From Thermoanaerobaculia bacterium (lineage in GTDB: Bacteria; Acidobacteriota; Thermoanaerobaculia; Multivoradales; Multivoraceae): a DNA stretch of 64,000 nucleotides. Below are positions 1-9,851 of this stretch, piece after piece. Each line of letters opens with the position of its first letter. Positions within the stretch are counted from its first letter, which is position 1. Position numbers and translations under genes: made by a program. Location: assembly GCA_963664405.1 (NCBI GenBank), contig OY761158.1:6688001-6752000 (forward strand), given 5' to 3'. The notes under the pieces are model-generated. The model ran no database searches, was not told the DNA's origin, and saw only the letters and a program-made list of their open reading frames with translations.

Positions 1-1782
1 GGAAGCTCCCGCCTGGTGAAGGCTATGGGACCAGCAAGCTCCGAGAGCTGGGTAGGACGGATGCGGGCAACGGCGCACCATGCCGTCTCTAGCTGCGGCG
101 AGGGCGCGGGAGTAACCGTAGCGACGGCACTGGCGTTGGGTGACAGTCAGGTGCTGCCGACAGGTTTGAAGATGGCTCTTCGCCGCGCTGGGCTCTCTCA
201 TCTCTTTGCCATCTCGGGGCTCCATGTCGGTCTCTTGGCCGCAACGGTTCTCTTCGCGGCCTACCCGCTAAGACCTCTGCCCAGAACGGTACTGGCCTTG
301 AGCTCCGTTGCCACCTATGTCGTGATCGTGGGCCCAAGCGCTTCAGTTTCGAGGGCGGCTGTGATGGTCTCGGCCGTTCTCGCCGCCCGCCTCTCACGCC
401 GGCCGCCTTCTTCGATCAACGGTCTGGCCCTCGCTGTTCTCCTCCTCTTGGCGCTGTCGCCGGCCGCGGCACATGAGCTCTCTTTCAGATTGACCGTCGC
501 TGCGACTTTCGGCATCCTCGTTTTAGCGCCTTCGCTGCGTCGCCACTGGCCCTCGATTCCGGGTGGGGGGCCCCTGTCTGTGGCCTTGGGTGCGCAGCTC
601 GCGACCCTGCCGCTGGTAGTGCCGGCCTTTTCCCTATTGCCGGTCGGCTCGCTGTTGCTGAACGTGGTAGCGATCCCTTGGATAGGGCTTTGCCTCGTGC
701 TCTGTCTCGGCTGGTCGGTGGTCGCGATCATCAGTACTCCGATGGCATCTGCACTGGTTCCACTTCTCGATCTTGTCGCGGCTCCGTTCGGATGGCTCGA
801 GCTCCTTCCTCCGGGGGCGCTGCTGTCGATGCCGCTGTCCTGGAGCTTTCTACGCTGCCTGATATTCAGCGCTCTGGTGGCGGCACTCCTGACCGGCCGC
901 CGTCTGGCATTGGTGGGGCTGGTGGCTTTCTTCGCGAGTGTCCCGTCTCACCAGAGTCCAGATCTGGGAGTGATTGCCTTGGACGTTGGACAGGGCGATG
1001 CATTACTCCTCCGGGACGGCGCTCATACCTTGCTCATCGACGGTGGCGGCTGGCGCAGTGGCGACTTTGGCGGAAGGGTATTGGTGCCTGCGTTGGCTCG
1101 ACTCGGGGTGCGATCCTTGGAGGCAGCGATCATCAGCCACGCCGACTGGGATCACTGCGGCGGGGTTGCGGATCTCGCCTTCTATGTCCCAGTGCGGGAG
1201 CTCTGGCTCAGCCCGGGGGTCCTCTCCAGCAGCTGCGGGCGCCGCCTGCTCGATCTGGCGGGCCCGACAATTCGAGTGCTGTGGAGGGGCCATCGCCGGG
1301 TCTGGCATCGTTGGAGCTTCGAGGTCCTTCATCCCGCGCCAGGCTCCGGGCGGCGTGGTAACGAGGGCTCCCTCGTGATTCACGCCAGTGCCGGTGGTCG
1401 CAGTCTGCTTTTGACCGGTGACATCGGGGAGGTGGTGGAGCGGGCTCTGATGAAGAAGGGCTCTCGACTCGACTCCGACATACTCAAGGTGGCGCATCAC
1501 GGCAGCCGCTTCTCGAGCGGGCGATCCTTTCTCGATGCCGTGTCGCCGCGGCGGGCGATCATCTCGGTGGGGCGAGGGAACTCGTACGGGCACCCCACAG
1601 GGGCGGTTCTGGACCGCCTGGAGGCCCGTCGTACGCAGGTTCTGCGGACCGATCTTCATGGCCGGATCGACCTCTCGTGGCGCCCGGGAGGCCCCCTGCG
1701 GGTGGCGACGGCGACCACGCCCCTGGCACCTGGAGCCGTGCCTCGGCGGCACCGGATTGGCCGTCCGGGACTGCTAGAGTGA
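1..1782 (+). CDS. comEC: ComEC/Rec2 DNA internalization competence protein (5'-truncated by window edge)
   Basis: Competence-domain motif GLSHLFAISGLHVG and multiple TM segments, followed by metallo-beta-lactamase motifs LDVGQGDA, SHADWDHCGG, LKVAHHGS and GNSYGHP. The frame is open back to base 1. Confidence 0.93.
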   Translation, partial: GSSRLVKAMGPASSESWVGRMRATAHHAVSSCGEGAGVTVATALALGDSQVLPTGLKMALRRAGLSHLFAISGLHVGLLAATVLFAAYPLRPLPRTVLALSSVATYVVIVGPSASVSRAAVMVSAVLAARLSRRPPSSINGLALAVLLLLALSPAAAHELSFRLTVAATFGILVLAPSLRRHWPSIPGGGPLSVALGAQLATLPLVVPAFSLLPVGSLLLNVVAIPWIGLCLVLCLGWSVVAIISTPMASALVPLLDLVAAPFGWLELLPPGALLSMPLSWSFLRCLIFSALVAALLTGRRLALVGLVAFFASVPSHQSPDLGVIALDVGQGDALLLRDGAHTLLIDGGGWRSGDFGGRVLVPALARLGVRSLEAAIISHADWDHCGGVADLAFYVPVRELWLSPGVLSSSCGRRLLDLAGPTIRVLWRGHRRVWHRWSFEVLHPAPGSGRRGNEGSLVIHASAGGRSLLLTGDIGEVVERALMKKGSRLDSDILKVAHHGSRFSSGRSFLDAVSPRRAIISVGRGNSYGHPTGAVLDRLEARRTQVLRTDLHGRIDLSWRPGGPLRVATATTPLAPGAVPRRHRIGRPGLLE

Positions 1783-1792
1783 GGCAACAGAG

Positions 1793-2725
1793 ATGGAAGC
1801 TCCTCGCTGTCTTGCCATCGTCGGCGCGACCTGTACCGGGAAGAGCGGTCTCGCCCTGGCCCTCGCGCAAAGGTTGGGAGGGGAGCTCATCAACGGAGAT
1901 GCTCTTCAGGTCTATCGAGGTCTGGATCGCGGGACGGCCAAACCGACTCTCGAAGAGCGCTCCCTGGCGCCGCACCATCTGATCGATTTTCTCGACCCCG
2001 ACGAGCGATTCTCCGCTGGGGAGTTCTCTCGCCAGGCCCGAGTCCGCATTGCGGAGGTCCAAGCGAGAGGCAAGCTGGCGATCGTTGTCGGTGGAAGCGG
2101 TTTCTACATACGTGCGCTGTTTCAGGGCCTGAGCGAGATTCCTGAGGTTCCGGAAGAAGTTCGCGAGGGCCTTGCGCAGCGTCTCAGCGAGCAGGGGATC
2201 GAGGCCCTCTATGACGAACTGCGGAGGGTCGATTCCGCCACGGCTCGGCAGGTTTCCCCGAACGACAAACAGCGAATCCTTCGTGCGCTCGGAGTCGTCA
2301 CAGCAAGCCGTCGACCGATCTCTGAATGGCGCTCGGCACCCCCCCGAGAGGAGGGTCCCGAGGCGCTTCTGATGGGTTTGACGCTGCCCAGATCGCTCCT
2401 ATACGATCGGATCGCCGCTAGGGCGCGTCGCATGGTGCGGCAAGGTTGGCTCGACGAGATCGAAGGACTCCTCAAGCAGGGTGTTTCTGAGACTGCGCCG
2501 GCATTTCAGGCGATCGGCTATCGCCAACTGCTTTCGCACCTGCAGGGCAGGTGCGGCTTGGAGGAAGCGATCGAAGACACCGTGAAAGCGACTCGTAGAT
2601 ACGCAAAGAGACAAGAGACGTGGTTTCGGAAAGAGAGGGTGGCCGTTTGGTTCCCCGCCACTGATCCCAAGCTTCTACCGTCCCATGTTATGACTTACCT
2701 TGCCAGTCAGGGCATCCGGAGTTAG
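1793..2725 (+). CDS. miaA: tRNA dimethylallyltransferase
   Basis: GATCTGKS P-loop, DALQVYRGLDRGTAKP, VGGSGFY, QAIGYRQ, TRRYAKRQETWF; canonical miaA-hfq order. Confidence 0.97.
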   Translation: MEAPRCLAIVGATCTGKSGLALALAQRLGGELINGDALQVYRGLDRGTAKPTLEERSLAPHHLIDFLDPDERFSAGEFSRQARVRIAEVQARGKLAIVVGGSGFYIRALFQGLSEIPEVPEEVREGLAQRLSEQGIEALYDELRRVDSATARQVSPNDKQRILRALGVVTASRRPISEWRSAPPREEGPEALLMGLTLPRSLLYDRIAARARRMVRQGWLDEIEGLLKQGVSETAPAFQAIGYRQLLSHLQGRCGLEEAIEDTVKATRRYAKRQETWFRKERVAVWFPATDPKLLPSHVMTYLASQGIRS

Positions 2726-2727
2726 TA

Positions 2728-2949
2728 ATGGCCAAGCACGCGATCAATATTCAGGACGGGTTCTTATTTCAGAACCTCAAAGAGGCGACGGAGCTGTCCA
2801 TCGATCTGACCACCGGGCAGCAATTGGTCGGAAAGCTCAAGCGCTTCGACCGCTTTGCCGTAGTCGTCGAGAGCCAGGGCCGCGAAATACTGGTGTACAA
2901 GCACGCCATCGCTCAGATCTCAGGTCCGCCGATCGCCGCGGCGCCCTAG
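2728..2949 (+). CDS. hfq: RNA chaperone Hfq
   Basis: 73 aa with NIQDGFL and the Sm2 motif VYKHAI; directly downstream of miaA. Confidence 0.92.
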   Translation: MAKHAINIQDGFLFQNLKEATELSIDLTTGQQLVGKLKRFDRFAVVVESQGREILVYKHAIAQISGPPIAAAP

Positions 2950-3057
2950 CCGCGATCTCGCGCAAGGGGCGTCTAGATCAGTGCTCTACCAGGACCCGGG
3001 ACGCCTGCCAGGATCTTCTGGTGGAGGCGCGCATCGTATTCCGTCAGCAGGGCGTCG

Positions 3058-4410
3058 GTGATCGGTTCCGGCCGCGACTGGGCCAGCTGGCGCTGGGGTG
3101 CATCCTGGATCCCGCTGATTCTTCTCTCTGGAGCCTGCGCCACAACGACTGTCGACGTCCGCGATCCCGGCCTTCCCGCGGAAGTCAGATCCTACCTGCT
3201 GTCGCCACTCGAGGGATGGACGGAGCCTCTGGACGCCGGTACGCGGCCGACGCTGGTGAGCGGCTTTGAACAGGTGCTGCGATCCGATACGACGGCTGCC
3301 ATGGCGATTGCAGCCGAGCTCCTCGATCGTTCCCCCGGGCTCGAGCCCGCGCTGGTACTTGCCGCTCAAGCGGACTTCGTAGCGGGGCGAAATTCCGAGG
3401 CCCTCGGCCGGCTTTCTACATGGGTCGGGCCAGAGTCCGGCTATACCTCGGCGGCGCTTCTGCTGGCGCGACTGGCGGAGCTGGGGGACGACCCCGTCAC
3501 CGCCTATGCCGCCTACCGCAGCCTCGATGGCGCGGTTCCGGTTGCCACGACGAGGGCTCCGGCGATTTATGAGCGGGCAATGCAGGCACTCGCTAGGCGG
3601 CTTCAGCGAGACCTTTCGACTGGACGTCTCACGGCGGCGCAAGAGAGTCTCGCCCGGATGCGCTCCTGGGAGGGGGCCGGCTCGGCGAGGGTCCTCGAAG
3701 GGGCGCGGAGCCTGGCACGAGCGACGGGAGATGCGTCTGCCGAGCTCGCGGCGCTGCGCTCACTTTCCGATCTCGGCCGTAATGAAGGTCAGCTGGTCGA
3801 GAGGCTAGCCGATCTGGAACTGGAGATCGGGGACCCCGAGCGCGGATTGGAGCTTCTCGATGGTCTGTCTGTCCGCGATCCGGAGAATCGGGCGCTCGAG
3901 CTAAAGCTGACGACCGCGCAGGTCCGCTGGCGCCTACGTCTGCTCCCCGACGATGTGCAAACTCTTGCTGACCGCCAAGAGCTTCGGCGCGGAGATTATG
4001 CCGCGTTGTTGTATTGGCTGGTGCCTGGGGTGAGGCGGACGGGAACGGACAACGTACGCATCGCAACCGATATTCTCGATCACGAGCGCCGACAGGAGAT
4101 CGTTCGTGTGCTCAACCGCGGACTGATGAGTGTGGATCCGACCTTGCACCAGTTCGAGCCCGATCGGCCGGTGTCGAGGTCGGAGGCGATTCGTAGCCTT
4201 CTCGAGATGCTCCGAGGCACCGGCGCAGCGGGTGAGTGCGCTCGAGAGCTAGGTCTGAACCCCACGCCGTCTGCCTCCTTTCTCTGTGGTCTCGCCCACA
4301 GATGTGGAATTCTGGACGACATCTCGGCCTGTCTGCCCGGTGCGGCCCTTTCAGGCGGCGAAGCGGTCGAGCTCCTGGGGCAGAGCCTTTCAATTTCTCA
4401 ACGGGAGTGA
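3058..4410 (+). CDS. Putative lipoprotein with TPR-like repeats and C-terminal S-layer-homology (SLH)-like domain
   Basis: Lipobox-like LLSGAC, Ala/Leu helical repeats, and DILDHERRQEI..LNRGLM...FEPDRPVSRSEA resembling the SLH consensus. Confidence 0.6.
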   Translation: MIGSGRDWASWRWGASWIPLILLSGACATTTVDVRDPGLPAEVRSYLLSPLEGWTEPLDAGTRPTLVSGFEQVLRSDTTAAMAIAAELLDRSPGLEPALVLAAQADFVAGRNSEALGRLSTWVGPESGYTSAALLLARLAELGDDPVTAYAAYRSLDGAVPVATTRAPAIYERAMQALARRLQRDLSTGRLTAAQESLARMRSWEGAGSARVLEGARSLARATGDASAELAALRSLSDLGRNEGQLVERLADLELEIGDPERGLELLDGLSVRDPENRALELKLTTAQVRWRLRLLPDDVQTLADRQELRRGDYAALLYWLVPGVRRTGTDNVRIATDILDHERRQEIVRVLNRGLMSVDPTLHQFEPDRPVSRSEAIRSLLEMLRGTGAAGECARELGLNPTPSASFLCGLAHRCGILDDISACLPGAALSGGEAVELLGQSLSISQRE

Positions 4411-4413
4411 GCT

Positions 4414-7400
4414 TTGTCTGACTTTGTTCATCTTCACTTGCACAGTCAGTACAGCCTTCTAGATGGAGCCAATCGGATCGACGATCTGATGACCAAGGCT
4501 GCCGAGCTGGAGATGCCGGCGATCGCCCTCACCGATCACGGCAATCTATTCGGGGCCATCGAGTTCTACGACAAAGCTCGTGCTGCCGGGATCAAGCCCA
4601 TCGTAGGGATCGAGGCCTACGTCGCCAAGGGAGGACGCAAGGAGCGCAGTCCAGCTCACGCTCGCAGCAACCATCTGGTTCTGCTGGCGAGGAATGAGAC
4701 CGGCTATCGCAACCTTCTCAAGCTCAGCACCCAGTCCTACCTCGAAGGCTTTTACTACAAACCGAGGATGGACAAGGAGTTGTTGAGGGAGTACAGCGAA
4801 GGGATCACCTGCCTCTCCGCCTGCCTGAATGGGGAGATCAACGAGAAGATTCTCGGTGGCCACACCGCTGAGGCGAAAACGCTGTGCCACGAGTACCTCG
4901 ACATCTTTGGCGAGGGAAACTTCTTTCTCGAGCTGCAGGACCACGGCATCCAGGAGCAGCGAGACGCCAACGAAGTGCTGAGGCGGCTGGCTCAAGAGTC
5001 GGAGATCCCGACCATCATCACCAATGATTGCCACTACCTACACCACGGAGACAGCTTTGCCCACGATGTGCTGCTCTGCATCGGCACTCAACGCATGGTC
5101 AGTGACGTCGATCGGCTCAAGTATCACGGGGATCAGTTCTATCTCAAGAGTGCAGAAGAGATCTTCGCTACCTTTCCCAAGGACGGTAGGGCGATCGAGA
5201 ATACGCTCAGAGTGGCCGAATCCTGCAACCTCGAGATCCCCACCGGTAGCTTTCATCTTCCGGTATTTCCCGTGCCCGAGGGGTACACCCTCGAGAGCTA
5301 TCTGGATGAGGTCACACGCGAGGGCCTGACCCGACGGATAGACGAGTTGCGCCGGACTCGCAGCGAGGTTTTCGAGCGCAACACCGAGGAGGCGTATTGG
5401 CGTCGCCTCGAGAGTGAGCTGGCAGTGATCGTGAGCATGGGCTTCGCCGGCTACTTTCTCATCGTCTGGGACTTCATCCGTTATGCCCGCGAAGCGGGTA
5501 TCCCGGTCGGCCCCGGCCGAGGCTCGGCCGCCGGCTCACTGGTCTCTTACGCTCTTCGCATCACTGACATCGATCCTCTCCAGTACCAACTGATCTTCGA
5601 GCGCTTTCTCAATCCCGACCGCATCAGTATGCCTGACATCGACATCGACTTCTGCATGCGCCGGCGTGGTGAAGTGATCCACTACGTCAGCGAGAAATAT
5701 GGGCGGGATCGCGTAGCTCAGATCATCACCTTCGGAACGCTCGGGGCCAAGGCGGTGCTTCGAGATGTCGGCCGCGTTCTCGGCCTTCCCTACGGCAAGG
5801 TCGATCGGATCGCCAAGCTCGTACCCGATATGACCAAGTCTCTCTCAGAGGCCGCCACAGAGATCGAAGCGCTCAAGGACGAGGTGGCTCGCGACCCCGA
5901 AGTGCGCCAGATTGTCGAGGTTGGTGAGCGCCTCGAGGGACTGACTCGTCATGCCTCCGTGCATGCGGCCGGCGTCGTCATCACTCCGCAAGCAATCGAA
6001 GAGCTCGTACCTCTCTACAAGACCAGCAAGGACGAGATCGTCACCCAGTGGGACAAAGACGTAATCGAGAAACTGGGTCTGTTGAAGATGGACTTTCTCG
6101 GTCTACGCACGCTGACCGTGATCGACGACACGATCAAGACTCTCGCCCATCAGGGGGTTGAGCTCAATCTGGATGATGTGCCGCTCGACGACGAGGAAGT
6201 CTTCCGCCTCTTCTGTGATGGGCGCACCAACGGCATCTTCCAGTTCGAGTCAAGCGGTATGAAGGACCTCCTGGTCCGTGCGCAACCGTCGAAGTTCGAG
6301 GATCTTGCGGCTTTTAACGCTCTCTACCGCCCCGGCGCGCTATCGGTAGGGATGGTCGAGGAGTTTATCCAGCGCAAGACCGGTCAGAAGAAGGTCCGCT
6401 ACATCGTTCCCGCGACAGAGCCGATTCTCGCGGAGACCTACGGGGTCATCGCCTACCAGGAGCAGGTGATGCAGATCGCGGTGGAGATGGGCGGTTTCAC
6501 TGCCGGCGAGGCGGACATGCTGCGCAAGGCCATGGGTAAGAAGGACCCGGAGGTGATGGCCAAGCAAAAAGAGAAGTTTCGCAACGGGGCCATCAAGAAG
6601 GGCTATGCCGCCAAGAAGGCCGAGCAGGTATGGGAGTACATCGAGCCTTTCGCCGGATATGGTTTCAACAAGAGCCATAGCGTGGCGTACGCCATGCTGG
6701 CCTACAAGACCGCCTACTTGAAGACCCATCATCCGGTCGCCTTCATGGCGGCAATGCTGACGTCGGAGATGTCCACTACTGACAACGTTGCCAAATACGT
6801 TCGAGAGTGCAATGACATGGAAATCGAAGTTCTGCCACCCTCGATCGGAAGCAGCGGGTGGGGGTTTCAGGTCGAAGAGGGCGCCATTCGCTTCGGCCTC
6901 GGCGCGGTGAAGGGGGTCGGCGAGACAGCGATCGAGGCCGTGCTGGAGGCCCGCGGTCGGGTCAAGACGTTTCGCGGTGTCTACCACTTGGCCTGCGAAG
7001 TCGACAGTCGGGTGGTCAATCACAAGGTCTTCGAGTGCTTGATCAAGGCCGGCTGCCTTGACAGCGATGGCTTCAGTCGCCGGGCGCAGCTGGAGGCTCT
7101 CGACTCGCTTCTCGATCAGGCTCAGCGCCGCCGCAAAGAAATCCAGGCGGGCCAATCCAGTCTCTTTGGCGAGGCCGCGATGGATCCCGGGCCGCGACCG
7201 GAGATCGAGGACTGGCCATCGCGCCTACGGCTCCAATACGAGCGCGAGGCTCTGGGGATCTATCTCACCGGTAATCCGCTCGAAGAGTTCAAAGATGTGT
7301 TGCGCCGGCGCACCAATTGCTCGTCGGCGGATATGCAGGACTCGAATGGCGCGCCCGTAACGGTCGGCGGATTGGTGAGCAGCTTTCGCCAGCTCAAAAT

Positions 7401-7899
7401 CAAGAGCGGTCAAAATGCAGGGCGTTTCATGGGTCGCTTCCTTCTGGTGGATCTCCAGGGGACGATCAATGTCGCCATGTTTGCCGACCAGTTCGAGAAG
7501 CACCGTCGGCTGATTCAGGATGACGCCATCGTGCTGATCCAGGGGCCCTTGCGCGAGCGGGGAGGCGACTTCGAGCTCCGCGCCGATCGGGTCGAGGCGC
7601 TAGAGGGGTCCAACGTTGGCGAATCCGAGGTGTCGGTGGAGCTCAACGCCGGAGTGTCCATGAGTCAGATGCTCGAGCTGCGGAATCTTCTAAGTGAGCA
7701 TCCCGGCAAGGCGCGGGTCATCTTTCGCATGCAGGTTCCGGGCCGTACCGTTCGGGTCGCGGCGGGAGAACAATTTCGAGTGGCACCAGACGAAGATCTG
7801 CTGCGTTCGGTCGAGGCACTGTTGGGGCAGGGGCGGGTGACGACACGAGTCCTGCCGGTCGAGACAGCTCTCGAAGAAGCGCCTGCAGAGGAAGTCTGA
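4414..7899 (+). CDS. dnaE: DNA polymerase III alpha subunit
   Basis: FVHLHLHSQYSLLDGA PHP motif, GPGRGSAAGS, MPDIDIDF, KMDFLGL, FAGYGFNKSH, C-terminal OB fold; 1161 aa, TTG start. Confidence 0.98.
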   Translation: MSDFVHLHLHSQYSLLDGANRIDDLMTKAAELEMPAIALTDHGNLFGAIEFYDKARAAGIKPIVGIEAYVAKGGRKERSPAHARSNHLVLLARNETGYRNLLKLSTQSYLEGFYYKPRMDKELLREYSEGITCLSACLNGEINEKILGGHTAEAKTLCHEYLDIFGEGNFFLELQDHGIQEQRDANEVLRRLAQESEIPTIITNDCHYLHHGDSFAHDVLLCIGTQRMVSDVDRLKYHGDQFYLKSAEEIFATFPKDGRAIENTLRVAESCNLEIPTGSFHLPVFPVPEGYTLESYLDEVTREGLTRRIDELRRTRSEVFERNTEEAYWRRLESELAVIVSMGFAGYFLIVWDFIRYAREAGIPVGPGRGSAAGSLVSYALRITDIDPLQYQLIFERFLNPDRISMPDIDIDFCMRRRGEVIHYVSEKYGRDRVAQIITFGTLGAKAVLRDVGRVLGLPYGKVDRIAKLVPDMTKSLSEAATEIEALKDEVARDPEVRQIVEVGERLEGLTRHASVHAAGVVITPQAIEELVPLYKTSKDEIVTQWDKDVIEKLGLLKMDFLGLRTLTVIDDTIKTLAHQGVELNLDDVPLDDEEVFRLFCDGRTNGIFQFESSGMKDLLVRAQPSKFEDLAAFNALYRPGALSVGMVEEFIQRKTGQKKVRYIVPATEPILAETYGVIAYQEQVMQIAVEMGGFTAGEADMLRKAMGKKDPEVMAKQKEKFRNGAIKKGYAAKKAEQVWEYIEPFAGYGFNKSHSVAYAMLAYKTAYLKTHHPVAFMAAMLTSEMSTTDNVAKYVRECNDMEIEVLPPSIGSSGWGFQVEEGAIRFGLGAVKGVGETAIEAVLEARGRVKTFRGVYHLACEVDSRVVNHKVFECLIKAGCLDSDGFSRRAQLEALDSLLDQAQRRRKEIQAGQSSLFGEAAMDPGPRPEIEDWPSRLRLQYEREALGIYLTGNPLEEFKDVLRRRTNCSSADMQDSNGAPVTVGGLVSSFRQLKIKSGQNAGRFMGRFLLVDLQGTINVAMFADQFEKHRRLIQDDAIVLIQGPLRERGGDFELRADRVEALEGSNVGESEVSVELNAGVSMSQMLELRNLLSEHPGKARVIFRMQVPGRTVRVAAGEQFRVAPDEDLLRSVEALLGQGRVTTRVLPVETALEEAPAEEV

Positions 7900-7917
7900 G
7901 CTACGGGAGAGTCTGCG

Positions 7918-8523
7918 ATGAACATCCTCGATCGAGAAAAGAGTCTGGTCCTCGTCATCGACTTTCAGGGCAAGCTGGCTGAGATCGTGGACGAGTCCGC
8001 CGCGGTCCTCGGAGCCACCAAGCGTCTACTGGCGCTGGCGGAGCTCTTCGAGGTGCCGGTGTTGCTCAGTGAGGAGTACCCGCAGGGGCTCGGAGTGACC
8101 GAGGATTCCCTGCAGCAGGCCTTTGACGGTCTGAGTACGGCCAAGAAAAAGATAGAGAAGGCGAGCTTCGGCTGCTGCGGAGATCCGGGCTTCGAGGGTG
8201 CGGTGGCAGAGCTCTGCCAAGGGCGTGAGCCCTCGGAGCGCCAGTTCGTCATCGCTGGTATCGAGGCCCACGTCTGTGTCGTTCAGACTGTGCTCGAGCT
8301 CTTGAGGCAGGGCTCACAGGTCTTTGTGTGCTGGGAGTGTGTTAGCGGTCGCGGCGTTACCTACCGTCGCTGGGCTATCGAGCGCATGCAACAAGCTGGG
8401 GCCTCGATCGTCAATCACGAGTCGGTTGGCTTCGAGTGGGCGCGAACCAAGGATCATCCTCGTTTTCGAGAGATGAGCCGTCTGTTTCGCGAAGGGCAGA
8501 TCGGTGGCGAGCAGAGCTTCTGA
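7918..8523 (+). CDS. Isochorismatase-family hydrolase
   Basis: LVIDFQGKL, EEYPQGLG, EKASFGC, AGIEAHVCVVQT. Confidence 0.88.
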   Translation: MNILDREKSLVLVIDFQGKLAEIVDESAAVLGATKRLLALAELFEVPVLLSEEYPQGLGVTEDSLQQAFDGLSTAKKKIEKASFGCCGDPGFEGAVAELCQGREPSERQFVIAGIEAHVCVVQTVLELLRQGSQVFVCWECVSGRGVTYRRWAIERMQQAGASIVNHESVGFEWARTKDHPRFREMSRLFREGQIGGEQSF

Positions 8524-9127
8524 GCCAGCGTTCGAGGAGGCGTGCTCCCGTTTCGACGCCGCCAACTCTGAAGACCCCAATCAGGAGATCGCGGGAGGGC
8601 GGGCGGTGGCGCGCGAGCTTCTCTATGGGCAACGGATGACCTCCTGGCTCGGGCGCCTCTATCCAGACGCGGGCGAGGCTCTCCGTCTGGCGGCGAGGGC
8701 TCAGCATCTCTGCCGCTGGCGACTTCCGCGACAGCGCTTCGGTGAGGGCCGGCAAGGGTACCTCGAGTGGCGGACGAGCTGCGCCAAGATGCACGCGGAA
8801 TTGGCGGGAGAGATTCTTCGAGAGGTGGGGTATGACGAGACCTTCATCGCCCGAGTCGCAAGCCTTCAGCGCAAAGAGGGCTTGGCGGAGGATGAAGAGG
8901 TCCAGGCCCTGGAGGACACGGCTTGTCTGGTATTCCTAGAGAATCACTTTGCAGACCTCGCCAAAAGCCAGGAAGATGCGAGAATGCTCCGTATTCTGAA
9001 GCGGACATGGAAAAAGATGTCTTTGCGAGCGCAGGGAGCAGCCCGGGAGCTCGAGCTGCCGGACGACCTCAGTTCACTGCTTCGACAAGCCATTGGCGAG
9101 GCCACTTCTCCGTTGGCGGTGGAGTAG
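8504..9127 (+). CDS. DUF4202-family protein
   Basis: FDAANSEDPN..ELLYGQRM, LAARAQHLCRW, QALEDTACLVFLE, ILKRTWKKMS. Confidence 0.82.
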   Translation: MASRASEPAFEEACSRFDAANSEDPNQEIAGGRAVARELLYGQRMTSWLGRLYPDAGEALRLAARAQHLCRWRLPRQRFGEGRQGYLEWRTSCAKMHAELAGEILREVGYDETFIARVASLQRKEGLAEDEEVQALEDTACLVFLENHFADLAKSQEDARMLRILKRTWKKMSLRAQGAARELELPDDLSSLLRQAIGEATSPLAVE

Positions 9128-9131
9128 GTCA

Positions 9132-9794
9132 ATGTTGAAGCGGCTTTGCCTCTGCTTGCTCCCGGTCGTATTCGCGCAGGGCCCCGCCCTGGGTGAGGAC
9201 ACGGCAGAAGTGATTCGGAGTCTCTTTGTGGACTACAAGAATGCTCTCCTCGAGGGCGACGGCGCCACCGCCGCGCGGCTGGTCGATCAGGGCACGCTGG
9301 ACTATTTCGAGGAGGTCAAGGCACTGAGCCTAGAGGGCAGCGAAGCGGAGATCCGGAGTCGCCCCTTCGTGGATCGCCTGTTGGTGATCACGATGCGACA
9401 CGAGCTCGATAGGGCCGAGCTGGTGGAAATGGATCTGGAGAGTCTGCTGCGACATGCCGTCGAAGCAGGCTGGATTGGCAAGCAGTCGATCCGTCAATTG
9501 GATATCGGTGAGGTGGAGGTCGAAGACGGAGCGGCGTCCGCGCTAGCGCTGACGACGGGGTCGCAGCTGCCGGCCGCGGAGCTCGGCGAGGAGCCTCTGC
9601 GCTACCGATTCGTGTTCGAAGAAGGTAGCTGGCGGTTCCGATTCCACTCGCTGGTCGAGAATCTCAATCAGATCATCGCTGAGTTTACGGCCCAGCTCGG
9701 TACTGACGAAGATGCCCTCATTTTCATCCTCGTCGAGCAGCTGTCGGGACGCAAGGTGCTGCCGGAGGTGTGGAGCTTGAGTGAGCCCCAGTAA
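9132..9794 (+). CDS. Hypothetical secreted protein
   Basis: Signal-peptide-like start MLKRLCLCLLPVVFAQGPALG, 4 nt after the previous stop; acidic helical mature part. Confidence 0.65.
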   Translation: MLKRLCLCLLPVVFAQGPALGEDTAEVIRSLFVDYKNALLEGDGATAARLVDQGTLDYFEEVKALSLEGSEAEIRSRPFVDRLLVITMRHELDRAELVEMDLESLLRHAVEAGWIGKQSIRQLDIGEVEVEDGAASALALTTGSQLPAAELGEEPLRYRFVFEEGSWRFRFHSLVENLNQIIAEFTAQLGTDEDALIFILVEQLSGRKVLPEVWSLSEPQ

Positions 9795-9851
9795 GAGCAG
9801 ATGCCGACCTTGGAGTCGAATTTCGCGGTTCGCGCTTAGGGGCGATTGCTC

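Noticed and set aside
4414-7899. Intein or split in dnaE
   Set aside because: Normal length, contiguous motifs, and no intein-like insertion seen.
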